Origin: a virus
Length of the DNA stretch: 64,000 bases
IMG/VR virus record: IMGVR_UViG_3300037504_000618
Location: 1 to 64,000 of that record
Strand: one strand, 5' to 3'
Positions within the stretch are counted from its first letter, which is position 1; each line of letters starts with the position of its first letter. Made by a program: the position numbers and the translations under genes. Positions 27,351 through 37,425 of the stretch are shown in pieces. Under the pieces are notes generated by a model that saw only the letters and a list, made by a program, of their open reading frames with translations, searched no databases and was not told the DNA's origin.

Positions 27351-28343
27351 ATGCAAGCAAGGCAAGTGCTGAAGAATAAGCATTTTAATCGTCTGGCAGC
27401 CATAATCCGCGTTCCGTTTCATTCGTCTGAATGGCGGCAGGAGCACTACAGAGTTGATTTCTGGAGTATGATAGAATCACTTGATGGGGCTATTGAAATT
27501 GATAGCCCCGAATATATCCTGGAGACGCTCACCAGCCTGCTGGTGGCGATTACCAAGGCCGACAGCAACCTAAGTTATTCCCCGGAGGACTTCGATTGGA
27601 TTGTTGAGGTCCTCGAGGATGGGGATCGCGAAATGGTGTTCAGGCTGTTCCAGGCCTGGTATGCCGCAGAGGATAAAGTGGTCACCAGCGAGGAGGCCGC
27701 CGAGATCACCGGCGAGGCCGCATCGACATGGCGCAATCGCGCCAACCGGGGTGAGGTCCCCGGCGCGCGGAAGATGGGCAAGACGTGGCTCTTGCCCGTC
27801 AGCGCATTACGGATGATGGGGGTAGCCCCCATCGCTCGTGGTACGCGGGGGAAGGATCCAGATGTGGCGCTAGTGTTCGATGAATCCAAGTTTGAGATCG
27901 TCAAGGATATGCGCTCTCAAGATCTCGACTGGCTGGCATCCTCGTTACTGGCCCGTCGCAATGAAATCATGGCAGCGCGGTTGGAGAAGCGCGGCCTTCA
28001 GACGCGGACCAAGGCGGAGCTCGGCGAGCATACGATTTATTTCCGCTATATCCTGGTCTATGATCCTACTGGGGAATCGCCAGCAGAGTGGGCGACCCTG
28101 GAGGAAGCCCGGATATTGTTAGACACGGTTCGCGAGCTGGAGCCAGCCGAAGCGTTTGCCCGTTGGCAGCCGAAGGTGACCCCGCTTGAGCGTGAGCCAT
28201 ATACGCGCGATGAGGCACTGCGCGATATGCAGGCCGAACGCGCGGAGGCCAAGCGCTTGTATGAGGCGGGGGAGCTAGACGCAGAGATGTATCAGTTGTT
28301 TCATTCAGGTGCGCGCGATTATCTCGATCTGGTAGAGGATTAA
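27351..28343 (+). CDS. Excisionase/MerR-type HTH domain protein
   Basis: VTSEEAAEITGEAASTWRNRANRGEVPGARKMGKTWLLP. Confidence 0.78.
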   Translation: MQARQVLKNKHFNRLAAIIRVPFHSSEWRQEHYRVDFWSMIESLDGAIEIDSPEYILETLTSLLVAITKADSNLSYSPEDFDWIVEVLEDGDREMVFRLFQAWYAAEDKVVTSEEAAEITGEAASTWRNRANRGEVPGARKMGKTWLLPVSALRMMGVAPIARGTRGKDPDVALVFDESKFEIVKDMRSQDLDWLASSLLARRNEIMAARLEKRGLQTRTKAELGEHTIYFRYILVYDPTGESPAEWATLEEARILLDTVRELEPAEAFARWQPKVTPLEREPYTRDEALRDMQAERAEAKRLYEAGELDAEMYQLFHSGARDYLDLVED

Positions 28344-28344
28344 G

Positions 28345-28545
28345 ATGCCGCTATATGTTGATGAGTATGTAACTGTGGATCCAGGAGTGCCGCTCGCCGA
28401 GTGGCGCACATGGGAAGAAGCGGGGATCACGGAGCATTCGCAGTCCGTAGTCAAAGTAGCTCCGTCAGAATGGCATGATAGGCTGCGTGAGTATGCGCGG
28501 CAGCCCGTGGGTTTCTGGGGCGAAAGCCAGTTATTCACGGAATAG
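28345..28545 (+). CDS. Hypothetical protein
   Basis: GAGG RBS, coupled to the upstream gene. Confidence 0.55.
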   Translation: MPLYVDEYVTVDPGVPLAEWRTWEEAGITEHSQSVVKVAPSEWHDRLREYARQPVGFWGESQLFTE

Positions 28546-28631
28546 CTATCGAGGCGGGGGCTACGGTCCCCGCCTCTACCAGGGCAACGGACGGGGCTCC
28601 GAGGTCCTGGTAGAGGTAAAGGAGGAAGAGG

Positions 28632-29465
28632 ATGGGATTGGAGAAAAATTTAAAGAAAGCGGGTTATATCGCCCGCCCACAGGAACTTTTAGCCCTGCGG
28701 GCAATGACCGCCCGCAGGAACGGGGCGAACGTCCTGATCCTGGAAGGCGCGCCCGGCACGGGCAAGACCTTCCTGGGTGAAGCGTTCGCCCAGGCGATGG
28801 ACGCAGAGGCCATTTACTATCTCTGCCACCATTGGACATCAGAGGAGGAGATGTTCATTGGCGTGGACGTCGGGGCCGTGGCCGCGGGCGTCGAGAAGGC
28901 GGCTGATGCGTACCGACCTGGATTCCTCCTGCGCGCAGTGCAAGCTTCGCAGCAGGGGCCGGTCGTCGTCGTGATCGACGAGATCGACAAAGCCCCGGAG
29001 CGCGCCGAGGCCCTGCTGTTGGACTTCCTGCAATCGGGCCGGGTGCATGGCCCGAACGGGGAAGTCTGGCAGGGGGACCTGGCCAATATGTTCGTGTTCA
29101 TTACCACGAACGGCCTGCGTCCCTTGATGGAGCCCACGCTGCGGCGCGGGTTCCGGCTGACGATGGAGTTTCTACCTGCCCACGTCGAGGCGGATGTGCT
29201 GCGCAAGGCCACGGGCGCGCCCACAGGGGCAATCCGGGCCGTGGTGCGGATGGCGAATGTGATCCGCACGCAGGGCACGACCTCCGTCTCGCTCCAGGAG
29301 ATGCGCCATCTCCTGGAGGACATGACAGTGGCCACGTCGGCGCGTGACGTGGAGATCTTGCTGAGCGGCTGGCTGGTGAAGGAGCCCGCCGATCGCGAGG
29401 CTTTAGACGCGGAGTTTGGCGGCAAGGCGGCCGCCGTGCTCTGGGGGGAGTGGAAACGTGGGTAA
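28632..29465 (+). CDS. MoxR-like AAA+ ATPase
   Basis: LEGAPGTGKT (Walker A), VIDEIDKA (Walker B), ITTN and TLRR. Confidence 0.9.
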   Translation: MGLEKNLKKAGYIARPQELLALRAMTARRNGANVLILEGAPGTGKTFLGEAFAQAMDAEAIYYLCHHWTSEEEMFIGVDVGAVAAGVEKAADAYRPGFLLRAVQASQQGPVVVVIDEIDKAPERAEALLLDFLQSGRVHGPNGEVWQGDLANMFVFITTNGLRPLMEPTLRRGFRLTMEFLPAHVEADVLRKATGAPTGAIRAVVRMANVIRTQGTTSVSLQEMRHLLEDMTVATSARDVEILLSGWLVKEPADREALDAEFGGKAAAVLWGEWKRG

Positions 29466-31227
29466 TAAGTTGGAGCTCCCGCTGAGCGTGCGGGATGCGC
29501 AGAAGCTTTTCCCGCGCCTCACAGCCAGGTCCTGGTTTGTGGAAGAGCGCAACCAAATTGAGCGCATTGCGTTTGCCGTCGGCGTGAAGCCGTTTCATCG
29601 CGGTTACGCGGATGCGGTCAGGGCTGAGCTTGCGCGTCTCGCGCAGCAGCGGGGGCCGAAGGCAGTGCTTTTGCCTTCGCCAGAGTCCGAGTCTCAGGGG
29701 GAGGCGCAGCCTTCCCCCACATCCGACCGTGAGCATCAGATCGGGACGGATGAGGTAGCCGAGCAATCTGAGAATCCCAGCGAGGATTCACAGATGCACG
29801 GCGGGGACTCGGCCTCTGGCGAGGTCGAAAGTGGGACCTCAGAAGGGGGTGATAACGAATCAGGAGCCCCCTCCGCCGACAGCGTTCAGACCTTCACGGG
29901 ATCTGGAACCGGTGGCGGTGAGATGGGGCAAGGCGCGGGGCAGGGCTCCGCACAAGCAGGGACGCGCTTCTCTGCACAATCCGGCAAGGCTGACGCGGGC
30001 GAGGAGCCCGGTGAGTCGGCTGGCGAGACGGGGGCTGAAGACTCAGCAAGGGCTGAGAGCACTGCAGCTTTCACGTCGCCAGAGGCACACACCAAGCCTA
30101 CTGGAGGGTCAAACGGCCTACGGGCCGATGCGCAGGCAAGGCAACGTAGCCAGGAGGACGAGTCGGCTCCGTCCTCCCAATCTGCAAAGAACGCCGGTGG
30201 GCAGAATGCCCTTAATCGTGCCTCCTCGGAGGAGACCGGCGCAGAAGAAAAGGGCGACGCCATGCCTAAGGCTGACGAGCATGCAGCGCGTGACACCGAC
30301 GCGCTCCGCGCTGCGCTCACCGGACGGGCCAACGCCGCTGATGCGGTGGATGCAAGCCCAGGCGCTCAGGGCAAGGAGTCCGGCGACCCCGACGAGGCCA
30401 AGGGGTCGGAAAAGATCAGCTATCGCTATCGCAGTGTCAAGCGCGGTAGCGGTAAGCAAGCCTCCGTTTCCGCCAAGCGAGAATTTGGCGGCGTGACCGC
30501 CGAGCTGAGTCGCGCGGGCCTGGACCCGCACATCGCGAAAGAAGCGCGTCGAGCGCTGGCGCGACTCATCGAGGGCGGGGAATCCCAAGCCGGGCCGCGC
30601 TGGGACTGGGTGGAGTTTAGCAAGCGGTTGAAGACCGCACGCTCCGTCTATCCCGCGCGCAAGGAAGAGGAAGGTCGCCCGGCGATCTTGGTGCTAGCCG
30701 ATGTATCAGGTTCCTGTCAAGGATTTTCGGATGAGAGCTTGATCGTAGCGCAGGCGGCAGCCTCGTTAGGCGTGCGCGGTGCGGATGTAATCGTCGTGGC
30801 GCATTCCAACGGCTACCCGCAGCAAGTCAAGATCAATCGCGATGCCGTCGAGGAAGTCGGGCGGATGGCGGAAGGCGCGGATATCGCTTGGTATGAGGAT
30901 CTCATCAAGCGCTTCGATATCCAGGCCGTGGTGGCCCTCGGCGATTGGGATGCCGAGTGGCTATATCACAAGCTGGCCGATCTCCCGCGCGTGCGACGCT
31001 TCGTGTGGCTCGATAACTGGAGCAATTCAGTGATGGAGCCGACGGTACGCGCTGATCTATTCAGCAAAGCGGCGCGAAGCACGTGGGATGATTGCTCATG
31101 GCATAGCCCATGGCACTTCGAGTCGGCTTGGTCCCCGCAGGCACAGCGCAAGGCGACGTATGTCGTGGGCTGTAGCCACGCGGAGGATTTTGTGAAGGGC
31201 CTGGAACTGGCCCTGAGGAGGAAATAA
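29458..31227 (+). CDS. VWA (MIDAS) domain protein with long acidic linker
   Basis: VLADVSGSC MIDAS motif and LGDWD. Follows MoxR. GTG start at 29458. Confidence 0.8.
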   Translation: MGNKLELPLSVRDAQKLFPRLTARSWFVEERNQIERIAFAVGVKPFHRGYADAVRAELARLAQQRGPKAVLLPSPESESQGEAQPSPTSDREHQIGTDEVAEQSENPSEDSQMHGGDSASGEVESGTSEGGDNESGAPSADSVQTFTGSGTGGGEMGQGAGQGSAQAGTRFSAQSGKADAGEEPGESAGETGAEDSARAESTAAFTSPEAHTKPTGGSNGLRADAQARQRSQEDESAPSSQSAKNAGGQNALNRASSEETGAEEKGDAMPKADEHAARDTDALRAALTGRANAADAVDASPGAQGKESGDPDEAKGSEKISYRYRSVKRGSGKQASVSAKREFGGVTAELSRAGLDPHIAKEARRALARLIEGGESQAGPRWDWVEFSKRLKTARSVYPARKEEEGRPAILVLADVSGSCQGFSDESLIVAQAAASLGVRGADVIVVAHSNGYPQQVKINRDAVEEVGRMAEGADIAWYEDLIKRFDIQAVVALGDWDAEWLYHKLADLPRVRRFVWLDNWSNSVMEPTVRADLFSKAARSTWDDCSWHSPWHFESAWSPQAQRKATYVVGCSHAEDFVKGLELALRRK

Positions 31228-31646
31228 TGAATGAAGTAATAGTAATGCCCGCGAGGGCATGGCAGTTTCCGGTGAAAGTTGAGATGCCGCAGTTCTCGGC
31301 GGCATTGGCGAGGCTAGAGGCGCAAGGTCTCGGCCGCGCCAACTTCAAAGTGTTGGTGCGTGAGGCAGCGAAGCGGCATCCGCTGTATCACACGCCAGTG
31401 CAGCTTGATCCGCAGGTGGCCGGACGTTCGGATCAAGGCGAAGAGATCCCGGTCAATACGTTGGGGCGCTGGTTATTTGGCGTCCCCGGCTACCAAGGCA
31501 ACGCTCGGTTCGTGGGGTGGGATGAGGTACCTCACGTCGAGTTACCTGAGGATTGCCCGGTGCACGTAGTTGCGTTGCTCCAGGGATTAAGCCTTGGAGC
31601 TATATACGATGCATTATCGAGATTGCTTGAGGCGGTGCGGTCATGA
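31227..31646 (+). CDS. Hypothetical protein
   Basis: TAATG coupling, GAGG RBS. Confidence 0.65.
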   Translation: MNEVIVMPARAWQFPVKVEMPQFSAALARLEAQGLGRANFKVLVREAAKRHPLYHTPVQLDPQVAGRSDQGEEIPVNTLGRWLFGVPGYQGNARFVGWDEVPHVELPEDCPVHVVALLQGLSLGAIYDALSRLLEAVRS

Positions 31647-31930
31647 ACCGCAAGCAAGTGCTTCTCTGCGTCAATGGCGCAGAGACAGCGCGAGATGATG
31701 GTGATCCGGCTGTGGATATAATCGCGGCCCCGCCGACTGGCTGGCGAATTGAGTTCGTCAGCAAAGACGAGTTCGGCCGTCTCCATTTGCGCTTTGTCAA
31801 GCCTGAAGGAAACGGGCGTATGTGGCTACGGGATGAGGCGCGGATGCGACAGGCGGAAGCTGAGCTGGCGGCGTGGCTGGCTGATTTATGGCGGCTGGTT
31901 ATGCCGGTGGAGGAGGATGACGACAAATGA
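31643..31930 (+). CDS. Hypothetical protein
   Basis: ATGA coupling at both ends. Confidence 0.65.
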   Translation: MNRKQVLLCVNGAETARDDGDPAVDIIAAPPTGWRIEFVSKDEFGRLHLRFVKPEGNGRMWLRDEARMRQAEAELAAWLADLWRLVMPVEEDDDK

Positions 31931-34551
31931 CCCTCACCATCCGCACCCACCAGACCCCATCACACCAGGTCGCTACTATCGCCCTGGAGGATGGCGTGAT
32001 CCAGACACGCCTCCCCCAGCGGGATGACGATTTCGTGGACCTCGTTCGCGAGCTCCACTACCGTTGTGATGGGGCCTGGTGGGCGCGCCGCCCCTCGGAG
32101 CGCTCCGGCCCCTTGCTGCACCGTGCAGCGGAGTTGGGCCGGGCGCTCTTAGAGGCCGGTTATATCGTGACGTTCCCCGCTGAGGATGTGCAGGCCCTTG
32201 CTGTCAGTGGGGACTATGAGCCGGAATGCCGCCGGTGGATCTTGCGGGATGAGGATAAGTTCCGCGTCTGGTGGGGCTACGAGCTGGACTATTACAACGA
32301 GGCGCGCGAGATCACGGGTAGCTTCTACGATAGCACGCGCAGCGCCGTGCTGGTCCCCCGCGAGAATTTCGCCGAGGTACTGGATTTCGCGGAGGCGTAT
32401 GGTTTCAGCCTCACGGAAGCGGCACAGCGTCTCGTTGCTGAAGTGCAGGCGTGGTTCGAGGCGTTGCCCGTCGTATCCCTAGGGGAGGCGGAGCTGGTCG
32501 CCAGGCCAGAGACGCCCACGTCAGCCTTGACCGCCGTGATAGAGATCGACGATCACGCGGTGCGCGTGCGTTTATCGCGCAAGGACGAGCGCTTCGTCGA
32601 GATCGTCAAATGCCTGCATTATGTCTGGAACGGCGCGTGGTGGGCCAGGGTGCTCAAGCCGCGTATGGGGCGCGTGTCCCATCGGGCGGCCGAGTTGGGC
32701 CAGGCGTTGCTGGCGGCGGGCTACATGGTGGAATTCCCCAACGAGGCCATACGCGCGCTGGCGATCAGCGGCGCGTATGAGCCCGAATGTCGCAAGTGGA
32801 TCTTGTGGCATGAGCGGGGCTTCCGCGTTTGGTGGGGGCCGGAGCTCGACTTCTTCCACGAGGCCAAGCGCATCGCGGCCAGCACGTATGATGCTTCATC
32901 GTATTCCGTGATCGTGCCCCGTGAGTATTTCAATGAGGTGCTCGGCTTCGCGGAGACCTACGATTTCCGCATCGCGGCCAAGGCGCAGCAGCAGATCGAC
33001 CAGGCGCGCGCTTGGTACGACGGCGCGCAGGTCGTGGACGTGGCTTATGACCCCGCGAATCAACAGACGGCTTACGTCCGGCCCAAGCTCAAGACCCCGG
33101 CGCACGTGGATGTGCCGGTGCGCCTGCTCGATTATGCCGGGCTGGATTTCGGCGTGACAACGCGCCTCTATAGCCATCAACAGCGCGCCGTGGACAAACT
33201 GCGCGATCTGCGCGTGGGTGCGCTGTTTATGGCTATGGGGACGGGTAAAACGCGCACGGCGATTGAGTTAGTGCATCGCCGTCGCCAGCGCATCAGGAAC
33301 GTGGTGTGGTTCTGTCCGGTCTCGCTCAAGGAGACGATTGCCTACGAGATCGACAAGCACACCGACACGCCCCCGAACCAGATCTATATCTTCGATGACA
33401 CGACTACCATGCGCACGCTGCCGCGCGCGTTCTGGTACATCGTGGGCCTGGAATCCATCAGCGGCAGTGACCGCGTGACGCTCACGGCCCATAATTTGAT
33501 TGACGCGGATTCATTTGTGATCGTGGATGAGTCCTCGTATATCAAAGGGCACAACTCGCTGCGCACGCAGCGGGTGACGCGCATGGGGCACAAGGCGCGC
33601 TACCGCTTGATCCTCACGGGCACGCCTGTGAGTCAGGGCGTGGTGGATCTTTTCGCTCAGATGCGCTTTCTCGATCCGGCGATCCTGGGCTACAATTCTT
33701 TCTACTCGTTCGAGGCCAACCACCTTGAATACTCGGAGAAGTATCCGGGCTTGGTCGTGCGCTCGCACAACGAAGCGTGGCTCGCGGCCAAGATGCAGCC
33801 GTATGTCTATCAGGTCACGAAGGAGGAATGCCTGGATCTGCCGGATAAGTTGTTCGATACGCGCTATTATCGGATGACGTCCGAGCAGCGCGACCTCTAT
33901 GAGCAGGCAAAATACGATATCCTGTTTAGCCTGCCGGATGAGGACATCGACAGCTACGTGATCTTCCAACTGTTCACAGCGTTGCAGCAGATCGTCTCCG
34001 GCTTTTGGCAACAGGGCGAGACGCTGTGGGAGGTACCGCATTATCGCCTGGAACATCTGGTCCAGGCGCTTGAGGATCTCCCCGACGGCAAGAAGGTCGT
34101 GATCTGGTGCAAATATCGTTATAGCGTGCGCGCGATTGCCGACCGCCTGCGGGAGGATTACGGTGAGGACGCGGTGGCGTTATTCTATGGCGATCTGAAT
34201 GAGCACGCGCGTAATCAAGAGCTGGCGCGCTGGCGGGCTGAGGCGCGCTTCCTGGTGGCGACAATGGCCACGGGAGGCTACGGCCTCGATCTGACGGCGG
34301 CGCATTATAGCATCTTTTATGAGAATGATTTTAAGTATAGCCTCAGGCTTCAGTCCGAGGATCGTATCCACCGCATCGGGCAGGATAAGCACCCGACGTA
34401 TATTGACCTGGTCTGCCGGCAGAGCATCGACGAGCGGATCCAGGACGCGCTAGCCACGAAAGGCAACGCGGCGGATGCGTTCCGTCGCGAGGTGGAGCGG
34501 GTGAAGGACGCGGGGCGTGAGGCGTTGGAGAGGATGGTGAAGGCGTTATGA
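31927..34551 (+). CDS. SNF2-family helicase with duplicated N-terminal domain
   Basis: AMGTGKT, VDESS, LTGTP, GGYGLDL and QSEDRIHRIGQ. Two similar N-terminal repeats of about 190 aa. Confidence 0.92.
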   Translation: MTLTIRTHQTPSHQVATIALEDGVIQTRLPQRDDDFVDLVRELHYRCDGAWWARRPSERSGPLLHRAAELGRALLEAGYIVTFPAEDVQALAVSGDYEPECRRWILRDEDKFRVWWGYELDYYNEAREITGSFYDSTRSAVLVPRENFAEVLDFAEAYGFSLTEAAQRLVAEVQAWFEALPVVSLGEAELVARPETPTSALTAVIEIDDHAVRVRLSRKDERFVEIVKCLHYVWNGAWWARVLKPRMGRVSHRAAELGQALLAAGYMVEFPNEAIRALAISGAYEPECRKWILWHERGFRVWWGPELDFFHEAKRIAASTYDASSYSVIVPREYFNEVLGFAETYDFRIAAKAQQQIDQARAWYDGAQVVDVAYDPANQQTAYVRPKLKTPAHVDVPVRLLDYAGLDFGVTTRLYSHQQRAVDKLRDLRVGALFMAMGTGKTRTAIELVHRRRQRIRNVVWFCPVSLKETIAYEIDKHTDTPPNQIYIFDDTTTMRTLPRAFWYIVGLESISGSDRVTLTAHNLIDADSFVIVDESSYIKGHNSLRTQRVTRMGHKARYRLILTGTPVSQGVVDLFAQMRFLDPAILGYNSFYSFEANHLEYSEKYPGLVVRSHNEAWLAAKMQPYVYQVTKEECLDLPDKLFDTRYYRMTSEQRDLYEQAKYDILFSLPDEDIDSYVIFQLFTALQQIVSGFWQQGETLWEVPHYRLEHLVQALEDLPDGKKVVIWCKYRYSVRAIADRLREDYGEDAVALFYGDLNEHARNQELARWRAEARFLVATMATGGYGLDLTAAHYSIFYENDFKYSLRLQSEDRIHRIGQDKHPTYIDLVCRQSIDERIQDALATKGNAADAFRREVERVKDAGREALERMVKAL

Positions 34552-34925
34552 AGGCGCTGTCAATACGCCCTCCTTGGGGCAATATGATCTTTGATTCGTC
34601 TAATCCCAAGGACGTGGAGAATCGTAGCTGGTCCACGAAGTATCGAGGGCGCTTCTGGGTCCATGTAGGGAAGACTTTTGATAGCGCGGGGTATCACTGG
34701 ATCACGACAATGGGGATAGCGTTGCCTACGCCGTCCGCATTTATTCGCGGGGGAATTATCGGCTCGGTGTGCTTGGTGGATGTGGTCACGGAGAGTGATA
34801 GCCCATGGTTCATAGGGCCTTATGGTTTCGTGTTGGAGGATCCGCGCCCGTGCGAGTTTGTGCCGTTGCGGGGGCGGTTGGGGTTTTTTGAGTTTGAGGG
34901 GGAAGAATGCCCAAGCGATATTTGA
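34548..34925 (+). CDS. ASCH domain protein
   Basis: KALSIRPPW..KDVENRSWSTKYRGRFWVH..GGIIGSV..RGRLGFF. Confidence 0.9.
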   Translation: MKALSIRPPWGNMIFDSSNPKDVENRSWSTKYRGRFWVHVGKTFDSAGYHWITTMGIALPTPSAFIRGGIIGSVCLVDVVTESDSPWFIGPYGFVLEDPRPCEFVPLRGRLGFFEFEGEECPSDI

Positions 34926-36292
34926 GCATTAATGTACTTACGGCTGCGCGCCAACGTCTCGAGCTGATATTTGACGAGTTCGAGACGCTGGTAGTCTCCT
35001 ATTCTGGGGGGAAGGATTCAACCGTGTTGCTTGAGTTGGCACGTCGCGAGGCCCAGAGACGGGGACGCAAGATCTATGCCTTGTTTATAGATCTTGAGGC
35101 GCAGTATCAGGCGACGATAGCGCAGGTCGAGCGGCAGATGCTCAATGATCCGGTCATTGAGCCGATTTGGGTAGCAGTGCCGCTTAATCTACGCAATGCT
35201 GTATCGGTTTTTCAGCCCCATTGGGCATGCTGGGATCCGCAGGCTCGCGATATGTGGGTGCGACCGATGCCGGAGTATGATTGCGTGTTGAAAGATTACG
35301 AGGCGCTGCCTTTCTTTCGCTATCGGATGGAATTCGAGGAATTCATCGTTGAATTCCCCCGTTGGTTTTGCGAGACGCGGGGCTTGAATAATTACGCCAG
35401 CCTCGTGGCGATTCGGAGTGATGAATCTTTGAACCGCTATAAGGCTGTAGCACGCCGTCTCGATGGGCCGAAGAAGAGCGCGTATTATGATCGCGCCGGG
35501 GAGATTCGACGGTGGGGCACGGTACAGGATAAGGAGCCGAGTATTGTGGCTTTCTATCCCATCTATGATTGGCGCGTTGAGGATGTCTGGCGCTTCATCG
35601 GCGGGGAGCGCTTGCCCTATAATCGGATTTATGACCAGATGTACTGGGCCGGCTTGCCCCTCTCTGAGCAGCGCATTTGTCAGCCCTACGGCGATGATCA
35701 GCGCAAGGGCTTGGATCTATGGGCCAAGTCTGAGCCGGAGACTTGGCAGCGTGTGCTGGACCGCGTGCGCGGGGTCAATTATGGGGCGCGGTATGCCGGG
35801 CAAAAGCTCCTAGGGTATCATCGGGGCGTCGCTTTGCCAGAGGGGCATACATGGAAGAGCTACACGTTCTTCTTGCTCGCGACGCTCCCGGACGTGATGC
35901 GGGAGCGATACCTGAGTAACTTTGCCGTGTTCTTAGAGTGGTGGATGCGGCATGGTTACGACAATCTGGAAACGGTCCACGATGACGAGACCGCGCCGCT
36001 TAAGCAAAGTGACTGGCGGCGGCTGCCTTCGTGGCGGCGGCTGGCGTTGGCAATTCTCAAGAATGATTTCCTGTGCAAGTCACTCTGCATTGGTCGGATC
36101 AAGAATGTGTATGCCGATGTGTATGAGCGTGTAGCGGCGGGGAAGCCGGTGAAGGTGCGCAAGAGCGTGAAGCCCGTATATGCCTACTTGCGCAAACAGT
36201 ATCAAGCCTATCTTGATGGGGGAATTGAGCAGGTAGATGTGGATTTTGTGTTACCTGAGCACCCCATGAAGAAACGATATCGGGACATTTAG
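34907..36292 (+). CDS. IbrA-like PAPS reductase / PP-loop protein (DUF3440)
   Basis: NVLTAARQRL, SYSGGKDS, IDLEAQY, IRSDESLNR, YPIYDW, QRICQPYG and SWRRL..LKND. Confidence 0.9.
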   Translation: MPKRYLSINVLTAARQRLELIFDEFETLVVSYSGGKDSTVLLELARREAQRRGRKIYALFIDLEAQYQATIAQVERQMLNDPVIEPIWVAVPLNLRNAVSVFQPHWACWDPQARDMWVRPMPEYDCVLKDYEALPFFRYRMEFEEFIVEFPRWFCETRGLNNYASLVAIRSDESLNRYKAVARRLDGPKKSAYYDRAGEIRRWGTVQDKEPSIVAFYPIYDWRVEDVWRFIGGERLPYNRIYDQMYWAGLPLSEQRICQPYGDDQRKGLDLWAKSEPETWQRVLDRVRGVNYGARYAGQKLLGYHRGVALPEGHTWKSYTFFLLATLPDVMRERYLSNFAVFLEWWMRHGYDNLETVHDDETAPLKQSDWRRLPSWRRLALAILKNDFLCKSLCIGRIKNVYADVYERVAAGKPVKVRKSVKPVYAYLRKQYQAYLDGGIEQVDVDFVLPEHPMKKRYRDI

Positions 36293-36297
36293 GAGGA

Positions 36298-36702
36298 ATG
36301 ATGATAACGTATAAGACTTTGGAGCAAGGACGTGAGTTTTACGTACTGATGGGACCTTTCCTGGTAAGTCGAGCCGTGCGTCGCGAGTTGGGCATTGCTA
36401 TTAGCAGTGATGAGCACTATCGCTGGGTGTTGGCGCTGGACGGCGATACCGTTGCCGGGTTTGCAGCGGTGGAGTTGTACGGGGATACAGCGCAGCTTAG
36501 GCACGTTTATGTTGTGCCAGAGTATCGCGGGCGTGGGGTTTGCAGTGAGCTAGTAGAAGCCCACGAGGAGATTGCCCGGAAAGCTGGCTTTGCCAGTATT
36601 GAGGCTGTGGTGGCTCCTACACTACGGGCGCTTTTAGATAAGCGGGGGTATGAGCAAGTCGGGAATCGCGGTAAGTACGCGATTATGGAGAAAAGCTTAT
36701 GA
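36298..36702 (+). CDS. GNAT acetyltransferase
   Basis: LRHVYVVPEYRGRGVCSELV acetyl-CoA motif A. Confidence 0.88.
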   Translation: MMITYKTLEQGREFYVLMGPFLVSRAVRRELGIAISSDEHYRWVLALDGDTVAGFAAVELYGDTAQLRHVYVVPEYRGRGVCSELVEAHEEIARKAGFASIEAVVAPTLRALLDKRGYEQVGNRGKYAIMEKSL

Positions 36703-37337
36703 AATCCTTATTTGCCCCTTTAGTTGAGGATGTGGTAGCGCAGGCCCGTGAGCTGGCGGCGGCTATAGAGGAATTGCCGTTGGAGCAGAAAGTGGAAGCG
36801 TTGAATCAGGTGCGCGCCCTGCTTCATGCGGTCAGTCCTTTCTGCGAGCAACCGGTGGACTATGTGGCATGGGTTCCCGCTGATGAGGTCGAGGGCAACG
36901 ACTATAATCCGAATAACGTTGCGCCCCCGGAGATGCGCTTGCTTAAGATTTCTGTGGATCACGATGGCTTCACGCAGCCTATCGTGACGTGGCCCAGGGG
37001 GGACGGGATGCTTGAGGTCGTGGATGGGGAGCACCGCACCCGCGTGGGACGGGAGCGGGAGGAGCTGCATGGCTATCTCCCTGTTACGCGGGTCTCGGCG
37101 GGTAGGCAGGGCCGCAAGGATCGTATGGCTGCTACGATTCGGCATAATCGCGCGCGCGGTGTACACGCGGTGATGTCGATGACGGACATCGTGGCCGAGT
37201 TGGTCAGCCTCGGTTGGACGGATGATGAGGTAGCGCGGGAGTTGGGGATGGACGCCGACGAGGTACTGCGATTCAAGCAGACGGCGGGAATTGCCGATCT
37301 GTTTGAGGATCGTGAGTACAGTAAGGCTTGGGAGTAG
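36699..37337 (+). CDS. IbrB-like ParB N-terminal domain protein
   Basis: PVDYVAWV..NDYNPNNVAPPEM..GFTQPIV..VVDGEHR..ATIRHNRARGVH. Confidence 0.9.
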   Translation: MKSLFAPLVEDVVAQARELAAAIEELPLEQKVEALNQVRALLHAVSPFCEQPVDYVAWVPADEVEGNDYNPNNVAPPEMRLLKISVDHDGFTQPIVTWPRGDGMLEVVDGEHRTRVGREREELHGYLPVTRVSAGRQGRKDRMAATIRHNRARGVHAVMSMTDIVAELVSLGWTDDEVARELGMDADEVLRFKQTAGIADLFEDREYSKAWE

Positions 37338-37413
37338 TAACGGTTAGCCGTTCGTACCAACGGTTAGCCGTCTCGGTAGTAACGGTTAGCCGTTCGTACC
37401 AACGGTTAGCCGT
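37334..37413. repeat. Four copies of the near-palindrome AACGGTTAGCCGT
   Basis: Copies at 37339, 37359, 37381 and 37401 (period 20/22/20; a duplicated 42-bp unit). Confidence 0.92.
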
Positions 37414-37425
37414 CCCGGATGTAAA

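Noticed and set aside
37334-37413. CRISPR or guide-RNA array
   Set aside because: Spacers are 7-9 bp and two are identical.
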